64,000 nt of DNA. Source: Hamiltosporidium tvaerminnensis FI-OER-3-3. Its lineage: Eukaryota > Fungi > Microsporidia. Shown piece after piece: positions 54,343 to 64,000 of the stretch; position 1 is the stretch's first letter; every line of letters begins with the position of its first letter. Both the position numbers and the translations under genes were made by a program. The stretch is from contig CM061250.1 of the NCBI GenBank assembly GCA_022605425.2, positions 558,001 to 622,000 on the forward strand, written 5' to 3'. Under the pieces are notes generated by a model that made no database searches, was not told the origin of the DNA, and was given only the letters and a program-made list of their open reading frames with translations.

Positions 54343-55054
54343 AATTAAAAAATATCCCATCTTTTTAAAACAGTGGCATAAGTTATTTTGGTTCTTATGA
54401 ATATCAGCAGTTATAGGTATTACATCCAATCGCTTCCTAAAGCCCCAACATTACACCCTATGATACATAATTCCCAAAGCTTTTTATCTAAAAAGAGCAT
54501 AGAAACTATATAATAAGAAAAGAAGTTGTTCGAAGTTCGTTGATGACCGTTACATGAGTGTGATCGTAGGTCAAAACCACCCTATGCACCCCGAGACTAT
54601 GCAGCCTTCCCACTTAGTTTGTACATTTCGAACCAATAAACTTCTAACTAAAATATATTTCGAAAACTAACATAGGGTTCACTTAGATATGCAATCCCAT
54701 ACCAACAGGAATAATCTGCTACTTGGTGCTCGTGGTTTTAAGGGGTATATTTCTCTATCTCCTAGGCGCTTATTCTTCTAACCAAGTGAAAAGGCTAAGT
54801 TTCCATACTTTTGCATTGCGATTACCTTCAATTTCAGCTGCGGTCACCGATCTAGTCGCTTAAAAAACTACAAAAAGTATTTAGAGAAAAATTTCGATAT
54901 TGCTGAACTTCTTCTTTTTGTACAAATTTTATGGAAAACCGAAAATATAGTGCTGTTTTATTCCCATCAAAGATCGCAACAAAGATTTTCACAGTCAGTT
55001 TCACATACTACTCTCCAAGTATAAAGTTTTTGTTGTGGTTATCTTTCCTCCACC
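54343..55054 (-). repeat. Structured dispersed repeat, copy C (inverted)
   Basis: Reverse complement reads gataaccaca..gtatgtgaaactg..ccgcagctgaaattg..atggaaacttagcc..aagtagcagattat..taagtgggaaggctgcatagtc..tgccactgttttaaaaagatg. Confidence 0.88.
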
Positions 55055-56821
55055 AAAAAGTAAATAATAAAATCTAATTTTATTTGCGTGCATAATATTT
55101 GCTTGGTTCTTTAGTAAGATTTTATACTACTTTAATTGCTATATAGATTTTTGAAAAGAAGTAAAAAGTATAATGATATTTGACTAAAGAATTATGATCG
55201 AAAGCATTTGTGTGGATATTGCCAATTGATTTGCCCACCATGCCTAAGCAGAATTGGCTTGATTATTCTCTGCTTGTCTTAAGAGACGATTAAAAGAGAT
55301 TGATCCTTCAGGTTGGGCGTAGAGCTACCAACCCACCCTTTAAATCACCTTTTGACAAAACCCAAAAAAGTAAAATAACCCCATGGGAAGATATCGGTTG
55401 AAGACATTACTAAGGGAGGCCACGTCTCAATCAGGGGGGTATGTGCTAAGATACATTGCAATTTGACTTCCTTGTGTATAACAGGTTCTGCTCGTTAAAC
55501 CTTGGCTAGTTTTAAACAGAAATCCGTGTGTTTAGGTAAAATTAACTTTTATTAAAACTAAAAAGATTCTTGAATAAATGATGATTTGATGTGTATTTAA
55601 TACTCTCGATTTTATTTTATTATCCGAACTTTAATTCAAATGAACGCATCTGAGCCAAATAGCATGGATAAGAAATTTGCTTCTCTTTTTATTTAATACA
55701 AGTGCCAATTGTATATTAGAAGGTTTCATTCATGTAGTCGTTTTTAATCTATATAAATATTTGCGGAAAAAAAATTTACTTGCAGATGTAGAATCTCTGT
55801 AACCTGTCTAATTTAATTGACAAAAGAGATACTCCTGTAAATCAGTCTTTAATTCAAACATTTTCTCACATTTTACCTATTGAATGTATTTGCAGAATTG
55901 AGAAATACTCATATCTAGTCACGCAATTCGCAATATACTTTATATGGTGATTTCCGAGTTTGTATATTTAGATATTTTCGAAAAGGATTGATGGATTTAC
56001 TTCCCAGTTCTATACAAAAGAAATTTTCTTCGTAGAATGACATTAAGATTGTTGGGGGTGGGGGAAATATGCTACTGAAAGTTCTAAAAAAAGACAAAAA
56101 TCAAATCTCCAACTTTTAAAGACATTCGCAACCGTTATTGTTTATAAATTATTTGAAGAACTTTTTTTACAATCTTCTTTTCATAATATTCTTGCAGGTT
56201 ATCATTGTCTGGAATAAATCGATAGAGATATAAAAACTGGAAATCAAATTTGGCGTGTGTCTGAATAAAAATGACGAATTATGAAGACAAAAAATATCTT
56301 CGTCGAATAATCACATAAATAACTCATTAAAATTCTCATTTTTTAAAAAACAAGTTTTTTATGAGTTATTTTTGCATATTTACTTTCTTAGTAATATATG
56401 CCCATGCTTGAAATCATTTAAATAAATTTTAAAGCAGGGTTTTTTGCATTTTATTTATATCCAACTGTATTACATGAAGGCAACCCAATAACTTCTATTT
56501 GTGTATTCTCAGTACTACAAATGTAAAAGTTAATAACAATTGCTTTATAGAATTGTCTATTTTTGCAATTTTATGGTTATCTATACATTTTATTTTAGAG
56601 GATTGGCTAAAAAAAACCTGAAGAGACCATATTTTACGAGTGTCTATCAGTTTACGACCCGCGATTAATTTCGTTCTTTATTTTAAATCTTATATCCCCG
56701 AGATTAGACTATTATTACACTTCTTAAACAAGGTGTGTCTTATTAAGTTTGTATACGTATATTTATATGTTTAATAAACATAGATATATATTCAGATCAT
56801 CTGGTTAATATTCAATATAGC

Positions 56822-58984
56822 TGTTAGGGGCAATTTGAGAAATATTTTGGGAATCTAAAATAATTCTTTTACAGTGCCAGATGAATATATATTTGCTGCA
56901 ATTTCTCATGTCACTTTATAGAAATTTTTTGCAATTTTCATTCGATATGATTGCCGAATGTACAATCAGATATTATTTTAGACGATCCTTTGTACCCTCT
57001 GAGATTTTCACGAGTTAATTATGTTTTTCGGTCTTTCTTTATTAAATGATAGTTGTTTTTATGAATTATAAAATACATTAACCTTTTCCATCTAACGAAT
57101 CTAAGTGAAATGAGGTATCTATTCAACGAAAGGCATGATGAATTGAGCATATAAAAAGGTGAAAAAAACACAAATACTTGCAAAAATGCAATATTTTGAG
57201 CCAATGGAAAAGGGGAAACATCTATAAGCACGTTATAAAGGAAAATAACCAGAGGATTATCAGCGTTTACGCGAGTTGATATATTAAATATATAGGAAAA
57301 GGAAATTTTTTTAATTCCTATAGAAGAGGGTGAAGAGCAGATTGGGTTTTATGTAATTCGGAGATATTCCATACTTTACACGGGGGACACGTTTCGATAA
57401 GCCACGGTGGAGAAAAACGTATGGAAAAGAGATTGATTTGAAGTATAGAAATATCATAAGAGAAATGATAGTAGCTTATCAAATTTATGTATGCCGTTTG
57501 AAAAAAAAACAATTTGCCACAAAAGGATCTGTTGTAAAACCTGTATTGATCAAAAACATAGAACCGAGGTGTCAAGTCGATTTAATTGACACCTATCAAT
57601 TGAAGCTCCATATCAATTCATACTGGTATACCAAGACATTAATAGACTCATTCGGCTTCGACCGCTTTAATGCAAAGTGCACAAGAAGTAGCTCATGTTT
57701 CTTTGATGTATTCACGATTTTTGGTTACCGAGTATTTTGCAAAGTGATGATGGCAGTGAATTGGCAAACAACACCATTAAATAACTTGTAACACGTGCCC
57801 GAATTAAAGATTATACATGGAAAGCTTAGAAACCCTTAAAATAGGTTCTATTGAAAGATCGAACCCGACGTAGAGAATATGCTTTGTTCATGAATGGAAG
57901 ACAATAACAGCAGAAAATTGTCAGAAGGCTCACGTATTGTTCAGATTATGAAGAACAGAGTTTATCATAGTGGCATAAACTGTACACCATATAAAGCAAT
58001 ATTTGGAACAAAGAAAAGTTGGTCTTAAGATTTTTCTACTTACAGACGTTCTTCCTAATATAAATTGTGAAGAAGACTTAGAAGTAATATTAAAATATCA
58101 AGACAATATACAGACTGATGGAGAGGATACGATACAAAATGAGCATTTTGATGTTTCAACAAGTCAACACAATGAAGAGAAGGTTTTCAGATTGATTATT
58201 ATGATAACTCCTCAACTAAGTTGTTTAAACCAAGTTATGACTTAAATGACATAGAAAGAGAAATAAATATTCTTATGCCATCTGATTATCTAGCCTCTGA
58301 GCATGAAAATGGTTTGAATGTATCTTATGATTTGTTTTTTGGAAATCCCGATTTGAAAAAAACGAAAATCTGATACATTGAAAACCAGGGAACTTAAGCA
58401 TGCAATCTAAACAAACAAACTGAAAAAATGCTTAGAGTGTCTAAGTAAAAATACCCCGTTGCAAATAAAGGTGATACTGTAAGAGTTCGAGTCGCGGATG
58501 TTGACAGAGATCGGACTGAAGTAAGAAAAATTCTTGGATTAATTCTGAAATAAAAGATGTTAACCCATATAAATTTGGCAACAACATGGAATCCTGAATA
58601 AACAGTATTCAAGAATCCAATTTACAATTTGTAAGTAAAGGTTTATAAGTTCCGAAGAAATCTCGCGATTTGAAATATAATTAAAAGAATGTGCAAGAAT
58701 GCCACCCAAAACCCAGAGTCAAGGTTATAATCGATGTGGATACAAATTCGGATGCATATCTGACAAATACAAAAGCCGCAAAGAAAAAAATCTTTGTAAC
58801 TCGAAATTCCACAAAAATAGAAGCTTCTCTAATAAATAAAAACGCACAGATTGACCATATTTTATAAATTTACATGTTTTTTTGACAAAGTACATTTTTT
58901 CTACAAGTTTTTAGCTTAGTAATATTTTTCTTATTTTTGTATGCTATTAAATATTGATAAAAAATTCTCAAATTGCCCGTAACA
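56822..58984 (+). mobile_element. Ginger2-like DNA transposon (KRBA2/SCAND3-type integrase), full boundaries, transposase decayed
   Basis: TIRs tgttaggggcaatttgagaa / ttctcaaattgcccgtaaca with TGT..ACA ends. 4-bp TSD TAGC at 56818-56821 and 58985-58988. HGGEKRM, VKPVL..RCQVDLID, QSDDGSE and C-terminal CNSK.H remnants. Confidence 0.92.
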
Positions 58985-60579
58985 TAGCTATTTCTTGGCA
59001 TCAAATCACACTAAATCGTCAAATGCTCTATCGAAACAAATATTATCTAAAATCGTTTCTTTTGCCAAGAATATATATCGTTGCTTTTATGCCACAAAAC
59101 TTTGTCTTGTAATGCTGTTTTACCTTCTTGTTTTTTTAGATACATCATGTTTTACTGGTAACTCGCCACTTGGCGTTATATTGTCTTTATATCGACTTCT
59201 CTTTTATTTTAGGCTAATGATATGACGAGGAATAGCTTAGAACTATATTACTGGTTTCTTAACCGAAGCCTTTGCTTAAGCCTCATATGAATAGAAAAAT
59301 AATATAAATAAAGCTTGTATTTTGAATAAAAAAAGAAATTATGTTATTTGAATTATTTAGTGTTTAATATGAGAATTTAAAACCGTCAGGTGTAAAAAAA
59401 CACGAATATCTAAAAATTTTATTAATTTATATTTACGAATTATTAATGCTTAAATAAATTAGAAAAAAAAATATTTTTGTCAATATCAGAACAAATACTT
59501 TTTTTCCTAAATATAAAAATAACCACATCTAGAATATTTAACTTGTTTATTTGTAAAAAAATATTTTGAATTTACTTTATCTAAATATTTCATGCAAAAT
59601 AATCTTTAGAGAAACGTTACGATGATAACCAAGAAATAATAACGAAACTTATTCAATAATTTCTTTAATGATTCTAAAAATTTATTAAAATCATTTTTTG
59701 TGTTCTAATTACATTTATATAAACGTTTAAATTTTTCAGAAATAGTAAAAGTTATGGTTTGGTTAGATATATATTATAACTAAACTTAACTTTGAGATGG
59801 GTAAAATCTGCCAAGGATCATATTTATAAATACGTAAAAAAAATCTATTTACTGTGGTTTAAAATACCTTTTCGGGAAATTAATACCAAGTTATTTTTAT
59901 TTTTTTTATTAGCTTACTTTCTGATTTTCATTGTTTTATTTTTCTCATCATTCATATCTGACATACTTTGCTATAATTTTAAATAATACTTTTCTCTAAT
60001 ATTAAGTCTCACATTCGAATTTAATTATATTACTGATTGTTTTTCAGCATTTTTTTCTCTTAGTGTGTATAAAGAAATTTTATATGAGTTCTTTGGGCCT
60101 TTATACACCATTTTACATGTTTAAAAACGCATTACGGCCTTGATTCATATTTGTCCCGCCCCCAAGTATTTTTAGAAGATCCGTAGAAAGACAAAAGCTG
60201 GGGTTTTACAGAACCAATGATAATATATTTTTGCTGAATTATATGAATATCAAATTTCCTAGAATACATCCTTTTATGTTAAAATGCCATCTTACGTAAT
60301 ATATTAAGCGAGTATGAAAACCAAACAACTATAAAATATCTAATTTATGTGCCAAAAAAATTTATTGTAACAGTTGATCCAATGTGAAATTTGAATTAAA
60401 TTTTGTGGAAAAATTTTTTTTCTTAGGTTATATCGTAGATAATTTCATATAATAAATTAGGATGATTGTCATATAATAGGCAGTTTCGATTTTGTCTAAA
60501 TCACGTATTTTTTTAATTGCGCCTACAAGTTATAAGAATAAATTTATAAGAACGATTAAAATTTATATTTCAGAGTTAA

Positions 60580-61302
60580 GGTGGTGGGTGGATAACCACA
60601 TAAAAAACTTAATGCTTGGCAATGAGTATGTGAAACTGGTGTGAGGATTATTGTTTGGATTTTTGGTGAAAATAAAATATCACTACATCTTCGGCTGTTA
60701 CATGGAAGGTATGATTAGGAGGAGAGGTCTAAGAAATAGCAAAACTTTTTCGACAAATTTATTTGCTTGTTTTATATAACTAGATTGTAAACCGCAGCTG
60801 AAATTGTAGGTAATTTCCATTAAAAGCATGGAAACCTAGCCTTGCTCATTCGGATTAGAAGATTTAGCGCCTGTGAAATACAAAAATGAAATCATTTGAA
60901 GCCAGGAGAACTAAGTAGCAGGTTATAACTGTTGGTATGACATTGCACTGTCTAGGTGGACCCCATGTAATTCTCTATAATATATCTTAGCTAAAGTTTA
61001 TTGGGTTCAGAAAGTGTAGAGTAAGTGGGAATGTTGCATAGTCTTAGGGGAGCCCAGAGGGGCTTCGGCCTTCGATCACATTCCATGCAACGGACATTAA
61101 CGAGCTCCGGCAACTGCCTCGCCTAGAAATTAGGTTCTACACACCTGTTAGATGAAAGGCTTTGGAATGTAGGTATCACAGGTGTTTCCGATGGAGTTTT
61201 GGGGCAGCAGTTATTTATGTTAAACCTAGAACTGCGTTAATATCATGAAAACAAATATAACACTTGCCACTATTTTAAAAAGATGTGATACTTTTTAATA
61301 AA
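60580..61302 (+). repeat. Structured dispersed repeat, best-preserved copy D (candidate structured ncRNA or non-autonomous element)
   Basis: No long ORF. Predicted helices: gttgcat 61033-39 / atgcaac 61085-91, ggggc-ttcg-gcctt 61059-72, acacctgt 61141-48 / acaggtgt 61178-85, aactgc 61112-17 / gcagtt 61207-12. Ends in aataaa. Confidence 0.92.
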
Positions 61303-61434
61303 GAATATACAAATTCTAAAAAAACAATTCATATAATATTTATTTAAGTAATTTTTACGGGTTAAAAATATTTTCTATTTGGTTTTTGGTTAATATTCTA
61401 CTTTATAATATTTCTTTTTAGAATGATACAGAGA

Positions 61435-62115
61435 GAACACGCTTATTAAAAACCTTTTATTTAGCAAAGGTTGATTGAATTATATATAAAAGTCAATGTT
61501 TATATTTTGGTGGAATTAGAAGTAAATTACATTTTCGTTGATGTATAGGATTTGTAAAGTTAAAACTTCTCCTCAAAGCAGTTTTGGATTTTTTATGTAG
61601 CTCGATTACAAAGCGACGTTTCAAACTGTAAATAATCGCTTTGTAAAAACATGGAAACCTAGCCTTGCTAACCTGAGTTGGAAGGCATAGCGCCTGGGAT
61701 ATATAAAAATAAAACCCTCTAAAGCTGAGGATGTTAAGTAACAGGTTATATTTGTTTGTATGATATTGCTTTGTCTAGTTAGACCGCATGTAAGTCTCTT
61801 AAATATATCTTGGCTAAAGGTAAATTTGATTCGGAAAGTGTAGAGTATTTGAGAATGCTTGAATTAATGAAAGATCTTATTATAGGTTTGAATTGTAATA
61901 CGACTCTATGCAACGAACATTAAAAAGTTCGGGCAAGTATTTCGCCCATTAATTTGGCATTAGTATCTCTTTAAATAGGGGTCGTTAAAATTTGGATATC
62001 GTAGAAGGTACCGATGATGTTTTGGATGAGCAGTTACTTATGTTAACCCAAGGAATGAGTTAATTTTATGCAAGCAATTGAAAACTTTCTACTATTTAAA
62101 AAATAACCTTATAAA
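61435..62115 (+). repeat. Structured dispersed repeat, copy E, tandem after D
   Basis: catggaaacctagccttgct, tagcgcctg, atatatctt.gctaaag, gaaagtgtagagta, ctatgcaacgaacattaa, ggtaccgatg, gcagtta.ttatgttaa. Confidence 0.88.
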
Positions 62116-62214
62116 TTTATATACTCTAATATAATACCGAAAAATTTAAATTTTTATCGTAAAAAATAATTGCAAATATTAATTTATTTGCAAAAAATTG
62201 AAAAAATGTTTGAT

Positions 62215-63060
62215 CAAATATTCTAATGTTTGGATCCAATGTGTTTGGATTATCCATGACATTTTTTTAATATTGGAAGATCTTAATGGGAACGGTATCA
62301 ATGTTTTCAGGATCAAGGGTAATGCATACTTTGGTTGTAGAAGAATGAGCACGGAAGGGGGATTTGAGTAGGTGTTTAATCACCGATATAACATTTTTAT
62401 CAAGTTTTATATATAAATGTTCAAATATCTCTTCGACTGTGGCAGTTTCGGGTTTAATATTTAGATCTTGTTCATTAAAATATGAAAATATTTTCTATCA
62501 AAATATTACAATATAACGTTGGAAATATCCTTTTTTTTGAAACCGAATCAAAAAAATTTGTCACACTTTGACGTTCAGAATTATTTGACGAACGAGCATT
62601 GTCATCCGATACCCAACAATGTATGCCACGTCCTCCTGAAAATACAAAAAGTACTTTTAAATCCAAATTCTTCTTAAAAAGAATATTTTAGCAATTTTAT
62701 AGCAGATTTTACCAACACAAAACATGTTTCACAAGTATTTCTTCCCGTACAACATATTCCTTTTTAATCTGTCAAATCAATATTGAAGACAAGTTCTTTT
62801 ATAACTGGAATACATTCAGTTCCTTTTCTTAGTCTATTAGCATATACAGCTCCAAAATCTATATTGACAGGAACGGTTGATAAAATTTTTGTCTGTAATT
62901 CTTCCTTTGATTTGAAATTTAAATACCGTAAATACATGCCGTTTTGTAATGTGAAAGACATTTTTCGTTTCTCGTGAATTTCTAACCATCGAAATATTCT
63001 TTCCAATGAAAATATATTTTCATAAAAATATGGTAACATTAAATAGGCTTGATCGTCCAT
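62215..63060 (-). pseudogene. PRI1: DNA primase small (catalytic) subunit pseudogene
   Basis: KELVFNIDLTD* (DID changed to NID, then a premature stop), CC....C..C, FVFSGGRGIHCWV and, after a frameshift, KLDKNV..KHLLKSPF..H. Confidence 0.88.
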
Positions 63061-63469
63061 AAAAAGAGGGGAGGTTTTTTATGTATAAATTTTTAGATAA
63101 TTTGTATTGCCAGTTAGTGAAGATTTACATTCGTTTTTTAATGAAAAATATATTCTCTAAAAAATAAAAATTTAGGTGCATTTATTTGCTATCGAAAAAT
63201 ATTAGTTTTGTAAAAATATGTTAAAAAAATGTTTTAATGCTTTAAATACAATATAATATATTTTGATTTCAAATGCTTTGCAGATTTTATATATTTTCTT
63301 CTACTTTTTGTACCATCGTCTTTTACTTTTCAGAATCGAATTTTCTTTATTTTTATTGGCAGTTCCTTTTATATGGTTCTTCTACATCTAAAATAAGGAG
63401 CTATTATTTTTTAAAAAAAATATTTAACGGCATATTATTCTTTACTCGTTTGTTTTAAAGGCTATGATG

Positions 63470-63930
63470 ATTCCTCATCCACCTAGTCTCCGATAACACC
63501 CATAACTGCTCTTTTCCGGCATTTAGGCCCGAATAAATTTTTATTTATTGATCAAAAGAGATCTCTAAACTGTTTTCTAAGCACAATCGACTGAATATAT
63601 GCCTCTATATTCAGCAATATTTGCCTTTTTACCATATGTCTTATGGAATTTTGTTACAATACCATCCGGGTTCATCACATACAAGATTATCTCAAGACTA
63701 CATTTATTAATAATACTAAACGTATGTTAAAACCTTTGTTTCCCAATTTTTTTAGTTTACTCAATTTGAAGTTAAACTTGGGAAGTAATTCTACTTCAAT
63801 TTAAGTTTCCTTTTTCTACTCTTATTCAAAAAAAATATTTCGGATCTATTATTCCGAATTTTGACATTGGTTTTTAGTCTGATGGCCACTCTTATCTCTG
63901 CATCTTCATTTTCAAAAATTTCCTGAACTG
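63470..63930 (-). mobile_element. Decayed RLE retrotransposon endonuclease region
   Basis: gactgaatatatgcctcta, ttgttacaataccatcc, ctattattccgaattttgacat and ccactcttatctctgcat match the family. Confidence 0.85.
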
Positions 63931-64000
63931 GTTTTCACGCACTAACAAAGAAAAATCATGAGAAAAAAAAAACATTTTTAGTCTAAAAATCACAAACTAA

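Noticed and set aside
58991-59070. 9-bp inverted repeat ttcttggca/tgccaagaa next to the Ginger end
   Set aside because: Too short and isolated to support a MITE or terminator call.
61005-61045. Similarity of agtgtagagtaagtggga to LSU rRNA and of atagtc to the group I intron S element
   Set aside because: No flanking rRNA similarity, and no GACUA partner for P7 or ordered P-Q-R-S elements were found.
61145-61175. Hammerhead ribozyme core at gatgaaaggctttggaa
   Set aside because: Lacks CUGANGA and GAAA with a proper stem II in any copy.
60590-61300. Structured repeat as a protein gene using a TAA/TAG=Gln code (one frame has mostly TAR stops, some synonymous-looking changes and CAA/TAA alternation)
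   Set aside because: Indels between copies do not preserve the frame, TGA stops also occur, and host genes here end in TAA normally. C-to-T drift explains the alternation. RNAcode would settle it.

Overview
Very AT-rich, gene-sparse eukaryotic DNA that looks microsporidian. The intronless, divergent housekeeping genes carry a CCC motif just upstream of the ATG, and there are LRR-like secreted-type ORFs; a large-genome lineage such as Hamiltosporidium is my inference, not verified. Intact genes: RhoGAP, proteasome alpha4, glutathione reductase, a 789-aa LRR-like protein, ubiquitin-like/eS31 fusion and Chk1. Broken genes: a second LRR-like gene (single homopolymer frameshift), a small secreted-type protein and a DNA primase small subunit pseudogene. 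Mobile DNA dominates. There is a head-to-tail array plus about 8 decayed remnants of an R4-like RLE non-LTR retrotransposon, two Ginger2-like integrase transposons (one with intact TGT..ACA TIRs and a 4-bp TSD) and a Tc1/IS630-like element. The most interesting unexplained signal is a ~720-bp ORF-less repeat present about 9 times in this window (full and partial, both strands, three head-to-tail pairs). Its copies show compensatory base changes in predicted helices, a C(UUCG)G hairpin and a possible pseudoknot, making it a candidate novel structured mobile RNA or large ncRNA family. All alignments and folds were done by eye; boundaries of decayed elements are approximate.
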